A stretch of DNA of 64,000 nt, taken from assembly GCA_964016885.1 (NCBI GenBank), contig CAXHJY010001477.1, positions 778,315-842,314 on the forward strand, read 5' to 3'. The stretch comes from Eledone cirrhosa. Taxonomy: Eukaryota. Both the position numbers and the translations under genes were made by a program. The stretch's first letter is position 1; each line of letters opens with the position of its first letter. Below are positions 43,201 to 58,800 of this stretch, one piece after another. The notes beneath the pieces are model-generated. The model made no database searches. It was not told where the DNA came from and saw only the letters and a list, made by a program, of their open reading frames with translations.

Positions 43201-46200
43201 ATTGTAGTGTAGTGACATAGCAAGAGACAGTACAGTACACAGTCACATATATACCCTGCTATTGTAGTGTAGTGACATACCAAGAGACAGTACAGTACAG
43301 TACAGTACACAGTCACAAATATACCCTGCTATTGTAGTGTAGTGACATACCAAGATACAGTACAGTACACAGTCACATATATACCCTGCTATTGTAGTGT
43401 AGTGACATACCAAGAGGCAGTACAGTACAGTCACATATATACCCTGCTATTGTAGTGTAGTGACATACCAAGAGACAGTACAGTACAGTACACAGTCACA
43501 TATATACCCTGCTATTGTAGTGTAGTGACATACCAAGAGAGAGTACAGTACAGTACAGTCACATATATACCCAGCTATTGTAGTGTAGTGACATACCAAG
43601 AGACAGTACAGTACAGTACAGTACACAGTCACATATATACCCTGCTATTGTAGTGTAGTGACATACCAAGAGACAGTACAGTACAGTACACAGTCACATA
43701 TATACCCTGCCATTGTAGTGTAGTGACATACCAAGAGATAGTACAGTACAGTACAGTACACAGTCACATATATACCCTGCTATTGTAGTGTAGTGACATA
43801 CCAAGAGACAGTACAGTACAGTACACAGTCACATATATACCCTGCTATTGTAGTGTAGTGACATACCAAGAGACAGTACAGTACAGTCACATATATACCC
43901 TGCTATTGTAGTGTAGTGACATACCAAGAGACAGTACAGTACACAGTCACATATATACCCTGCTATTGTAGTGTAGTGACATACCAAGAGACAGTACAGT
44001 ACAGTACAGTCACATATATACCCTGCTATTGTAGTGTAGTGACATACCAAGAAACAGTACAGTACAGTACACAGTCACATATATACCCTGCTATTGTAGT
44101 GTATTGACATACAAAGAGACAGTACACTACAGTACAGTACACAGTCACATATATACCCTGCTATTGTAATGTAGTGACATACCAAGAGACAGTACAGTAC
44201 AGTACAGTCACATATATACCCTGCTATTGTAGTGTAGTGACATACCAAGAGACAGTACAGTACACAGTCACATATATACCCTGCTATTGTAAAGTAGTGA
44301 CATACCAAGAGACAGTACAGTACAGTACACAGTCACATATATACCCTGCTATTGTAGTGTAGTGACATACCAAGAGACAGTACAGTACACAGTCACATAT
44401 ATACCCTGCTATTGTAGTGTAGTGACATACCAAGAGACAGTACAGTACAGTACACAGTCACATATATACCCTGCTATTGTAGTGTAGTGACATACCAAGA
44501 GACAGTACAGTACAGTCACATATATACCCTGCTATTGTAGTGTAGTGACATACCAAGAGACAGTACAGTACAGTACACAGTGACATATATACCCTGCTAT
44601 TGTAGTGTAGTGACATACCAAGAGACAGTACAGTACAGTACAGTACACAGTCACAAATATACCCTGCTATTGTAGTGTAGTGACATACCAAGATACAGTA
44701 CAGTACACAGTCACATATATACCCTGCTATTGTAGTGTAGTGACATACCAAGAGACAGTACAGTACAGTCACATATATACCCTGCTATTGTAGTGTAGTG
44801 ACATACCAAGAGACAGTACAGTACAGTACAGTCACATATATACCCTGCTATTGTAGTGTAGTGACATACCAAGAGAGAGTACAGTACAGTACAGTACAGT
44901 ACAGTCACATATATACCCTGCTATTGTAGTGTAGTGACATACCAAGAGACAGTACAGTACAGTACAGTACACAGTCACATATATACCCTGCTATTGTAGT
45001 GTAGTGACATACCAAGAGACAGTACAGTACAGTACACAGTCACATATATACCCTGCTATTGTAGTGTAGTGACATACCAAGAGACAGTACAGTACAGTAC
45101 AGTCACATATATACCCTGCTATTGTAGTGTAGTGACATACCAAGAGACAGTACAGTACACAGTCACATATATACCCTGCTATTGTAGTGTAGTGACATAC
45201 CAAGAGACAGTACAGTACAGTACAGTCACATATATACCCTGCTATTGTAGTGTAGTGACATACCAAGAAACAGTACAGTACAGTACAGTACAGTACACAG
45301 TCATATATATACCCTGCTATTGTAGTGTAGTGACATACCAAGAGACAGTACACTACAGTACAGTACACAGTCACATATATACCCTGCTATTGTAATGTAG
45401 TGACATACCAAGAGACAGTACAGTACAGTACAGTCACATATATACCCTGCTATTGTAGTGTAGTGACATACCAAGAGACAGTACAGTACACAGTCACATA
45501 TATACCCTGCTATTGTAAAGTAGTGACATACCAAGAGACAGTACAGTACAGTACACAGTCACATATATACCCTGCTATTGTAGTGTAGTGACATACCAAG
45601 AGACAGTACAGTCACATATATACCCTGCTATTGTAGTGTAGAGACATACCAAGAGACAGTACAGTACAGTACACAGTCACATATATACCCTGCTATTGTA
45701 GTGTAGTGACATACCAAGAGACAGTACAGTACAGTACAGTACACAGTCACATATATACCCTGCTAGTGTAGTGTAGTGACATACCAAGAGACAGTAGAGT
45801 ACAGTACACAGTCACATATATACCCTGCTATTGTAGTGTAGTGTCATACCAAGAGATAGTACAGTACAGTACAGTACACAGTCACATATATACCCTGCTA
45901 TTGTAGTGTAGTGACATACCAAGAGACAGTACAGTACAGTACAGTACAGTACACAGTCACATATATACCCTGCTAGTGTAGTGTAGTGACATACCAAGAG
46001 ACAGTAGAGTAGAGTACACAGTCACATATATACCCTGCTATTGTAGTGTAGTGACATACCAAGAGAGAGTACAGTACAGTACAGTCACATATATACCCTG
46101 CTATTGTAGTGTAGTGACATACCAAGAGACAGTACAGTACAGTACACAGTCACATATATACCCTGCTATTGTAGTGTAGTGACATACCAAGAGATAGTAC

Positions 46201-49200
46201 AGTACAGTACACAGTCACATATATACCCTGCTATTGTAGTGTAGTGACATACCAAGAGACAGTACAGTACAGTACAGTCACATATATACCCTGCTATTTT
46301 AGTGTAGTGACATACCAGGAGACAGTACAGTACACAGTCACATGTATACCCTACTATTGTAGTGTAGTGACATACCAAGAGACAGTACAGTACAGTACAG
46401 TACACAGTCACATATATACCCTGCTATTGTAGTGTAGTGATATACCAAGAGACAGTACAGTACACAGTCACATATATACCCTGCTATTGTAGTGTAGTGA
46501 CATATCAAGAGACAGTACAGTACAGTACAGTCACATATATACCCTGCTATTGTAGTGTAGTGACATACCAAGAGACAGTACAGTACACAGTCACATATAT
46601 ACCCTGCTATTGTAGTGTAGTGACATACCAAGAGACAGTACAGTACAGTCACATATATACCCTGCTATTGTAGTGTAGTGACATACCAAGAGACAGTACA
46701 GTACAGTACACAGTCACATATATACCCTGCTATTGTAGTGTAGTGACATACCAAGAGACAGTACAGTACAGTACACAGTCACATATATACCCTGCTATTG
46801 TAGTGTAGTGACATACCAAGAGACAGTACAGTACAGTACAGTACACAGTCACATATATACCCTGCTATTGTAGTGTAGTGACATACCAAGAGACAGTACA
46901 GTACAGTACACAGTCACATATATACCCTGCTATTGTAGTTTAGTGACATACCAAGAGACAGTAAAGTACAGTACAGTACAGTCACATATATACCCTGCTA
47001 TTGTAGTGTAGTGACATACCAAGAGACAGTACAGTACAGTACACAGTCACATATATACCCTGCTATTGTAGTGTAGTGACATACCAAGATATAGTACAGT
47101 ACAGTACAGTACACAGTCACATATATACCCTGCTATAGTAGTGTAGTGACATACCAAGAGACAGTACAGTACAGTACAGTCACATATATACCCTTCTATT
47201 GTAGTGTAGTGACATACCAAGAGACAGTACAGTAACAGTACAGTCACATATATACCCTGCTATTGTAGTGTAGTGACATACCAAGAGACAGTACAGTACA
47301 GTACACAGTCACATATATACCCTGCTATTGTAGTGTAGTGACATACCAAGAGACAGTACAGTACAGTACAGTACACAGTCACAAATATACCCTGCTATTG
47401 TAGTGTAGTGACATACCAAGAGACAGTACAGTACACAGTCACATATATACCCTGCTATTGTAGTGTAGTGACACACCAAGAGACAGTACAGTACAGTACA
47501 GTCACATATATACCCTGCTATTGTAGTGTAGTGACATACCAAGAGACAGTACAGTACAGTACAGTCACATATATACCCTGCTATTGTAGTGTAGTGACAT
47601 ACCAAGAGACAGTACAGTACAGTACAGTACACAGTCACATATATACCCTGCTATTGTAGTGTAGTGACATACCAAGAGACAGTACAGTACAGTACACAGT
47701 CACATATATACCCTGCTATTGTAGTGTAGTGACATAGCAAGAGACAGTACAGTACAGTCACATATATACCCTGCTATTGTAGTGTAGTGACAGAACAAGA
47801 GACAGTACAGTACACAGTCACATATATACCCTGCTATTGTAGTGTAGTGACATAACAAGAGACAGTACAGTACAGTACACAGTCACATATATACCCTGCT
47901 ATTGTAGTGTAGTGACATACCAAGAGACAGTACAGTACAGTACACAGTCACATATATACCCTGCTATTGTAATGTAGTGACATACCAAGAGACAGTACAG
48001 TACAGTACAGCCACATATATACCCTGCTATTGTAGTGTAGTGACATAGCAAGAGACAGTACAGTACACAGTCACATATATACCCTGCTATTGTAGTGTAG
48101 TGACATACCAAGAGACAGTACAGTACAGTACACAGTGACATATATACCCTGCTATTGTAGTGTAGTGACATACCAAGAGACAGTACAGTACAGTACACAG
48201 TGACATATATACCCTGCTATTGTAGTGTAGTGACATACCAAGAGACAGTACAGTACAGTACAGTACACAGTCACAAATATACCCTGCTATTGTAGTGTAG
48301 TGACATACCAAGATACAGTACAGTACACAGTCACATATATACCCTGCTATTGTAGTGTAGTGACATACCAAGAGACAGTACAGTACAGTCACATATATAC
48401 CCTGCTATTGTAGTGTAGTGACATACCAAGAGACAGTACAGTACAGTACACAGTCACATATATACCCTGCTATTGTAGTGTAGTGACATACCAAGAGAGA
48501 GTACAGTACAGTACAGTACAGTACAATCACATATATACCCTGCTATTGTAGTGTAGTGACATACCAAGAGACAGTACAGTACAGTACAGAACACAGTCAC
48601 ATATATACCCTGCTATTGTAGTGTAGTGACATACCAAGAGACAGTACAGTACAGTACACAGTCACATATATACCCTGCCATTGTAGTGTAGTGACATACC
48701 AAGAGATAGTACAGTACAGTACAGTACACAGTCACATATATACCCTGCTATTGTAGTGTAGTGACATACCAAGAGACAGTACAGTACAGTACACAGTCAC
48801 ATATATACCCTGCTATTGTAGTGTAGTGACATACCAAGAGACAGTACAGTACAGTCACATATATACCCTGCTATTGTAGTGTAGTGACATACCAAGAGAC
48901 AGTACAGTACACAGTCACATATATACCCTGCTATTGTAGTGTAGTGACATACCAAGAGACAGTACAGTACAGTACAGTCACATATATACCCTGCTATTGT
49001 AGTGTAGTGACATACCAAGAAACAGTACAGTACAGTACACAGTCACATATATACCCTGCTATTGTAGTGTAGTGACATACCAAGAGACAGTACACTACAG
49101 TACAGTACACAGTCACATATATACCCTGCTATTGTAATGTAGTGACATACCAAGAGACAGTACAGTACAGTACAGTCACATATATACCCTGCTATTGTAG

Positions 49201-52200
49201 TGTAGTGACATACCAAGAGACAGTACAGTACACAGTCACATATATACCCTGCTATTGTAAAGTAGTGACATACCAAGAGACAGTACAGTACACAGTCACA
49301 TATATACCCTGCTATTGTAGTGTAGTGACATACCAAGAGACAGTACAGTACAGTACACAGTCACATATATACCCTGCTATTGTAGTGTAGTGACATACCA
49401 AGAGACAGTACAGTACACAGTCACATATATACCCTGCTATTGTAGTGTAGTGACATACCAAGAGACAGTACAGTACAGTACACAGTCACATATATACCCT
49501 GCTATTGTAGTGTAGTGACATACCAAGAGACAGTACAGTACAGTCACATATATACCCTGCTATTGTAGTGTAGTGACATACCAAGAGACAGTACAGTACA
49601 GTACACAGTGACATATATACCCTGCTATTGTAGTGTAGTGACATACCAAGAGACAGTACAGTACAGTACACAGTCACAAATATACCCTGCTATTGTAGTG
49701 TAGTGACATACCAAGATACAGTACAGTACACAGTCACATATATACCCTGCTATTGTAGTGTAGTGACATACCAAGAGACAGTACAGTACAGTCACATATA
49801 TACCCTGCTATTGTAGTGTAGTGACATACCAAGAGACAGTACAGTACAGTACAGTCACATATATACCCTGCTATTGTAGTGTAGTGACATACCAAGAGAG
49901 AGTACAGTACAGTACAGTACAGTACAGTCACATATATACCCTGCTATTGTAGTGTAGTGACATACCAAGAGACAGTACAGTACAGTACAGTACACAGTCA
50001 CATATATACCCTGCTATTGTAGTGTAGTGACATACCAAGAGACAGTACAGTACAGTACACAGTCACATATATACCCTGCCATTGTTATGTAGTGACATAC
50101 CAAGAGATAGTACAGTACAGTACAGTACACAGTCACATATATACCCTGCTATTGTAGTGTAGTGACATACCAAGAGACAGTACAGTACAGTACACAGTCA
50201 CATATATACCCTGCTATTGTAGTGTAGTGACATACCAAGAGACAGTACAGTACAGTACAGTCACATATATACCCTGCTATTGTAGTGTAGTGACATACCA
50301 AGAGACAGTACAGTACACAGTCACATATATACCCTGCTATTGTAGTGTAGTGACATACCAAGAGACAGTACAGTACAGTACAGTCACATATATACCCTGC
50401 TATTGTAGTGTAGTGACATACCAAGAAACAGTACAGTACAGTACAGTACAGTACACAGTCACATATATACCCTGCTATTGTAGTGTAGTGACATACCAAG
50501 AGACAGTACACTACAGTACAGTACACAGTCACATATATACCCTGCTATTGTAATGTAGTGACATACCAAGAGACAGTACAGTACAGTACAGTCACATATA
50601 TACCCTGCTATTGTAGTGTAGTGACATACCAAGAGACAGTACAGTACACAGTCACATATATACTCTGCTATTGTAAAGTAGTGACATACCAAGAGACAGT
50701 ACAGTACAGTACACAGTCACATATATACCCTGCTATTGTAGTGTAGTGACATACCAAGAGACAGTACAGTCACATATATACCCTGCTATTGTAGTGTAGT
50801 GACATACCAAGAGACAGTACAGTACAGTACACAGTCACATATATACCATGCTATTGTAGTGTAGTGACATACCAAGAGACAGTACAGTACAGTACAGTAC
50901 ACAGTCACATATATACCCTACTAGTGTAGTGTAGTGACATACCAAGAGACAGTAGAGTACAGTACACAGTCACATATATACCCTGCTATTGTAGTGTAGT
51001 GTCATACCAAGAGATAGTACAGTACAGTACAGTACACAGTCACATATATACCCTGCTATTGTAGTGTAGTGACATACCAAGAGACAGTACAGTACAGTAC
51101 AGTACAGTACACAGTCACATATATACCCTGCTAGTGTAGTGTAGTGACATACCAAGAGACAGTAGAGTAGAGTACACAGTCACATATATACCCTGCTATT
51201 GTAGTGTAGTGACATACCAAGAGAGAGTACAGTACAGTACAGTCACATATATACCCTGCTATTGTAGTGTAGTGACATACCAAGAGACAGTACAGTACAG
51301 TACACAGTCACATATATACCCTGCTATTGTAGTGTAGTGACATACCAAGAGACAGTACAGTACAGTACAGTACACAGTCACATATATACCCTGCTATTGT
51401 AGTGTAGTGACATACCAAGAGACAGTACAGTACACAGTCACATATATACCCTGCTATTGTAGTGTAGTGACATACCAAGAGACAGTACAGTACAGTACAC
51501 AGTCACATATATACCCTGCTATTGTAGTGTAGTGACATACCAAGAGACAGTACAGTACAGTCACATATATACCCTGCTATTGTAGTGTAGTGACATACCA
51601 AGAGACAGTACAGTACACAGTGACATATATACCCTGCTATTGTAGTGTAGTGACATACCAAGAGACAGTACAGTACAGTACACAGTCACATATATACCCT
51701 GCTATTGTAGTGTAGTGACATACCAAGAGATAGTACAGTACAGTACAGTACACAGTCACATATATACCCTGCTATTGTAGTGTAGTGACATACCAAGAGA
51801 CAGTACAGTACAGTACAGTCACATATATACCCTGCTATTGTAGTGTAGTGACATACCAAGAGAGAGTACAGTACACAGTCACATATATACCCTGCTATTT
51901 TAGTGTAGTGACATACCAGGAGACAGTACAGTACACAGTCACATGTATACCCTACTATTGTAGTGTAGTGACATACCAAGAGACAGTATAGTACAGTACA
52001 GTACACAGTAACATATATACCCTGCTATTGTAGTGTAGTGATATACCAAGAGACAGTACAGTACACAGTCACATATATACCCTGCTATTGTAGTGTAGTG
52101 ACATATCAAGAGACAGTACAGTACAGTACAGTCACATATATACCCTGCTATTGTAGTGTAGTGACATACCAAGAGACAGTACAGTACAGTACAGTACACA

Positions 52201-55200
52201 GTCACATATATACCCTGCTATTGTAGTGTAGTGACATACCAAGAGACAGTAAAGTACACAGTCACATATATACCCTGCTATTGTAGTGTAGTAACATACC
52301 AAGAGACAGTACAGTACACAGTCACATATATACCCTGCTATTGTAGTTTAGTGACATACCAAGAGACAGTAAAGTACAGTACAGTACAGTCACATATATA
52401 CCCTGCTATTGTAGTGTAGTGACATACCAAGAGACAGTACAGTACAGTACACAGTCACATATATACCCTGCTATTGTAGTGTAGTGACATACCAAGATAT
52501 AGTACAGTACAGTACAGTACACAGTCACATATATACCCTGCTATAGTAGTGTAGTGACATACCAAGAGACAGTACAGTACAGTACAGTCACATATATACC
52601 CTGCTATTGTAGTGTAGTGACATACCAAGAGACAGTACAGTAACAGTACAGTCACATATATACCCTGCTATTGTAGTGTAGTGACATACCAAGAGACAGT
52701 ACAGTACAGTACACAGTCACATATATACCCTGCTATTGTAGTGTAGTGACATACCAAGAGACAGTACAGTACAGTACAGTACACAGTCACAAATATACCC
52801 TGCTATTGTAGTGTAGTGACATACCAAGAGACAGTACAGTACACAGTCACATATATACCCTGCTATTGTAGTGTAGTGACACACCAAGAGACAGTACAGT
52901 ACAGTACAGTCACATATGTACCCTGCTATTGTAGTGTAGTGACATACCAAGAGACAGTACAGTACAGTACAGTCACATATATACCCTGCTATTGTAGTGT
53001 AGTGACATACCAAGAGACAGTACAGTACAGTACAGTACACAGTCACATATATACCCTGCTATTGTAGTGTAGTGACATACCAAGAGACAGTACAGTACAG
53101 TACACAGTCACATATATACCCTGCTATTGTAGTGTAGTGACATAGCAAGAGACAGTACAGTACAGTCACATATATACCCTGCTATTGTAGTGTAGTGACA
53201 GAACAAGAGACAGTACAGTACACAGTCACATATATACCCTGCTATTGTAGTGTAGTGACATAACAAGAGACAGAACAGTACAGTACACAGTCACATATAT
53301 ACCCTGCTATTGTAGTGTAGTGACATACCAAGAGACAGTACAGTACAGTACACAGTCACATATATACCCTGCTATTGTAATGTAGTGACATACCAAGAGA
53401 CAGTACAGTACAGTACAGCCACATATATACCCTGCTATTGTAGTGTAGTGACATAGCAAGAGACAGTACAGTACACAGTCACATATATACCCTGCTATTG
53501 TAGTGTAGTGACATACCAAGAGACAGTACAGTACAGTACACAGTGACATATATACCCTGCTATTGTAGTGTAGTGACATACCAAGAGACAGTACAGTACA
53601 GTACAGTACACAGTCACAAATATACCCTGCTATTGTAGTGTAGTGACATACCAAGATACAGTACAGTACACAGTCACATATATACCCTGCTATTGTAGTG
53701 TAGTGACATACCAAGAGACAGTACAGTACAGTCACATATATACCCTGCTATTGTAGTGTAGTGACATACCAAGAGACAGTACAGTACAGTACACAGTCAC
53801 ATATATACCCTGCTATTGTAGTGTAGTGACATACCAAGAGAGAGTACAGTACAGTACAGTACAGTCACATATATACCCTGCTATTGTAGTGTAGTGACAT
53901 ACCAAGAGACAGTACAGTACAGTACACAGTCATATATATACCCTGCTATTGTAGTGTAGTGACATACCAAGAGACAGTACAGTACAGTACACAGTCACAT
54001 ATATACCCTGCCATTGTAGTGTAGTGACATACCAAGAGATAGTACAGTACAGTACACAGTCACATATATACCCTGCTATTGTAGTGTAGTGACATACCAA
54101 GAGACAGTACAGTACAGTACACAGTCACATATATACCCTGCTATTGTAGTGTAGTGACATACCAAGAGACAGTACAGTACAGTCACATATATACCCTGCT
54201 ATTGTAGTGTAGTGACATACCAAGAGACAGTACAGTACACAGTCACATATATACCCTGCTATTGTAGTGTAGTGACATACCAAGAGACAGTACAGTACAG
54301 TACAGTCACATATATACCCTGCTATTGTAGTGTAGTGACATACCAAGAAACAGTACAGTACAGTACAGTACAGTACACAGTCACATATATACCCTGCTAT
54401 TGTAGTGTAGTGACATACCAAGAGACAGTACACTACAGTACAGTACACAGTCACATATATACCCTGCTATTGTAATGTAGTGACATACCAAGAGACAGTA
54501 CAGTACAGTACAGTCACATATATACCCTGCTATTGTAGTGTAGTGACATACCAAGAGACAGTACAGTACACAGTCACATATATACCCTGCTATTGTAAAG
54601 TAGTGACATACCAAGAGACAGTACAGTACAGTACACAGTCACATATATACCCTGCTATTGTAGTGTAGTGACATACCAAGAGACAGTACAGTACACAGTC
54701 ACATATATACCCTGCTATTGTAGTGTAGTGACATACCAAGAGACAGTACAGTACAGTACACAGTCACATATATACCCTGCTATTGTAGTGTAGTGACATA
54801 CCAAGAGACAGTACAGTACAGTCACATATATACCCTGCTATTGTAGTGTAGTGACATACCAAGAGACAGTACAGTACAGTACACAGTGACATATATACCC
54901 TGCTATTGTAGTGTAGTGACATACCAAGAGACAGTACAGTACAGTACAGTACACAGTCACAAATATACCCTGCTATTGTAGTGTAGTGACATACCAAGAT
55001 ACAGTACAGTACACAGTCACATATATACCCTGCTATTGTAGTGTAGTGACATACCAAGAGACAGTACAGTACAGTCACATATATACCCTGCTATTGTAGT
55101 GTAGTGACATACCAAGAGACAGTACAGTACAGTACAGTCACATATATACCCTGCTATTGTAGTGTAGTGACATACCAAGAGAGAGTACAGTACAGTACAG

Positions 55201-55880
55201 TACAGTACAGTCACATATATACCCTGCTATTGTAGTGTAGTGACATACCAAGAGACAGTACAGTACAGTACAGTACACAGTCACATATATACCCTGCTAT
55301 TGTAGTGTAGTGACATACCAAGAGACAGTACAGTACAGTACACAGTCACATATATACCCTGCCATTGTTATGTAGTGACATACCAAGAGATAGTACAGTA
55401 CAGTACAGTACACAGTCACATATATACCCTGCTATTGTAGTGTAGTGACATACCAAGAGACAGTACAGTACAGTACACAGTCACATATATACCCTGCTAT
55501 TGTAGTGTAGTGACATACCAAGAGACAGTACAGTACAGTACAGTCACATATATACCCTGCTATTGTAGTGTAGTGACATACCAAGAGACAGTACAGTACA
55601 CAGTCACATATATACCCTGCTATTGTAGTGTAGTGACATACCAAGAGACAGTACAGTACAGTACAGTCACATATATACCCTGCTATTGTAGTGTAGTGAC
55701 ATACCAAGAAACAGTACAGTACAGTACAGTACAGTACACAGTCACATATATACCCTGCTATTGTAGTGTAGTGACATACCAAGAGACAGTACACTACAGT
55801 ACAGTACACAGTCACATATATACCCTGCTATTGTAATGTAGTGACATACCAAGAGACAGTACAGTACAGTACAGTCACAT
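22250..55880. repeat. HOR domain 2: seven related units of 3.6-5.6 kb
   Basis: The marker cassette ATTTTAGT..CCAGGAG / CATGTATACCCTAC / GTGATATA / CATATCAAG recurs with GTGATA at 23182, 27895, 32618, 37954, 41559, 46437 and 52038 (spacings 4713, 4723, 5336, 3605, 4878, 5601). Each unit also carries GTAGTTTAG, CTATAGTAG, CAGTAACAG and GACAGAACAAG. Confidence 0.9.
31178..31217. repeat. Longest pentanucleotide tract seen: GAGTA(CAGTA)7
   Basis: Counted from the sequence. The equivalent monomer at ~26465 has 5 units; ORF 31012..31224 is 15 bp longer than ORF 26299..26496. Confidence 0.9.
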
Positions 55881-58800
55881 ATACACCTGCTATTGTAGTG
55901 TAGTGACATACCAAGAGACAGTACAGTCACATATATACCCTGCTATTGTAGTGTAGTGACATACCAAGAGACAGTACAGTACAGTACACAGTCACATATA
56001 TACCCTGCTATTGTAGTGTAGTGACATACCAAGAGACAGTACAGTACAGTACTGTACACAGTCACATATATACCCTGCTATTGTAGTGTAGTGACATACC
56101 AAGAGATAGTACAGTACAGTACACAGTCACATATATACCCTGCTATTGTAGTGTAGTGACATACCAAGAGACAGTACAGTACAGTACACAGTCACATATA
56201 TACCCTGCTATTGTAGTGTAGTGACATACCAAGAGACAGTACAGTACAGTACACAGTCACATATATACCCTGCTATTGTAGTGTAGTGACATACCAAGAG
56301 ACAGTACAGTACAGTACACAGTCACATATATACCCTGCTATTGTAGTGTAGTGACATACCAAGAGACAGTACAGTACAGTACACAGTCACATATATACCC
56401 TGCTATTGTAGTGTAGTGACATACCAAGAGACAGTACAGTACAGTACAGTACACAGTCACAAATATACCCTGCTATTGTAGTGTAGTGACATACCAAGAG
56501 ACAGTACAGTACACAGTCACATATATACCCTGCTATTGTAGTGTAGTGACATACCAAGAGACAGTACAGTACAGTACAGTCACATATATACCCTGCTATT
56601 GTAGTGTAGTGACATACCAAGAGACAGTACAGTACAGTACAGTCACATATATACCCTGCTATTGTAGTGTAGTGACATACCAAGAGACAGTACAGTACAG
56701 TACAGTACACAGTCACATATATACCCTGCTATTGTAGTGTAGTGACATACCAAGAGACAGTACAGTACAGTACAGTCACATATATACCCTGCTATTGTAG
56801 TGTAGTGACATAACAAGAGACAGTACAGTACAGTACACAGTCACATATATACCCTGCTATTGTAGTGTAGTGACATAACCAGAGACAGTACAGTACAGTA
56901 CACAGTCACATATATACCCTGCTATTGTAGTGTAGTGACATACCAAGAGACAGTACAGTACAGTACACAGTCACATATATACCCTGCTATTGTAATGTAG
57001 TGACATACCAAGAGACAGTACAGTACAGTACAGTCACATATATACCCTGCTATTGTAGTGTAGTGACATAGCAAGAGACAGTACAGTACACAGTCACATA
57101 TATACCCTGCTATTGTAGTGTAGTGACATACCAAGAGACAGTACAGTACAGTACACAGTGACATATATACCCTGCTATTGTAGTGTAGTGACATACCAAG
57201 AGACAGTACAGTACAGTACACAGTCACAAATATACCCTGCTATTGTAGTGTAGTGACATACCAAGAGACAGTACAGTACACAGTCACATATATACCCTGC
57301 TATTGTAGTGTAGTGACATACCAAGAGACAGTACAGTACAGTACACAGTCACATATATACCCTGCTATTGTAGTGTAGTTACATACCAAGAGACAGTACA
57401 GTACAGTACACAGTCACATATATACCCTGCTATTGTAGTGTAGTGACATACCAAGAGACAGTACAGTACAGTACAGTACACAGTCACATATATACCCTGC
57501 TATTGTAGTATAGTGACATACCAACAGACAGTACAGTACACAGTCACATATATACCCTGCTATTGTAATGTAGTGACATACCAAGAGACAGTACAGTACA
57601 GTACAGTCACATATATACCCTGCTATTGTAGTGTAGTGACATACCAAGAGATAGTACAGTACAGTACAGTACACAGTGACATATATACCCTGCTATTGTA
57701 GTGTAGTGACATACCAAGAGACAGTACAGTACAGTACAGTACACAGTCACAAATATACCCTGCTATTGTAGTGTAGTGACATACCAAGAGACAGTACAGT
57801 ACACAGTCACATATATACCCTGCTATTGTAGTGTAGTGACATACCAAGAGACAGTACAGTACAGTACACAGTCATATATATACCCTGCTATTGTAGTGTA
57901 GTGACATACCAAGAGACAGTACAGTACAGTACAGTACAGTCACATATATACCCTGCTATTGTAGTGTAGTGTAGTGACATACCAAGAGACAGTACAGTAC
58001 AGTACAGTACACAGTCACATATATACCCTGCTATTGTAATATAGTGACATACCAAGAGACAGTACAGTACACAGTCACATATATACCCTGCTATTGTAGT
58101 GTAGTGACATACCAAGAGACAGTACAGTACAGTACAGTCACATATATACCCTGCTATTGTAGTGTAGTGACATACCAAGAAACAGTACAGTACAGTACAG
58201 TACACAGTCACATATATACCCTGCTATTGTAGTGTAGTGACATACCAAGAGACAGTACAGTACAGTACACAGTCACATATATACCCTGCTATTGTAGTGT
58301 AGTGACATACCAAGAGACAGTACAGTACAGTACACAGTCACATATATACCCTGCTATTGTAGTGTAGTGACATACCAAGAGACAGTACAGTACAGTACAG
58401 TACACAGTCACAAATATACCCTGCTATTGTAGTGTAGTGACATACCAAGAGACAGTACAGTACACAGTCACATATATACCCTGCTATTGTAGTGTAGTGA
58501 CATACCAAGAGACAGTACAGTACAGTACAGTCACATATATACCCTGCTATTGTAGTGTAGTGACATACCAAGAGACAGTACAGTACAGTACAGTCACATA
58601 TATACCCTGCTATTGTAGTGTAGTGACATACCAAGAGACAGTACAGTACAGTACAGTACACAGTCACATATATACCCTGCTATTGTAGTGTAGTGACATA
58701 CCAAGAGACAGTACAGTACAGTATAGTACACAGTCACATATATACCCTGCTATTGTAGTGTAGTGACATACCAAGAGACAGTACAGTACAGTCACATATA

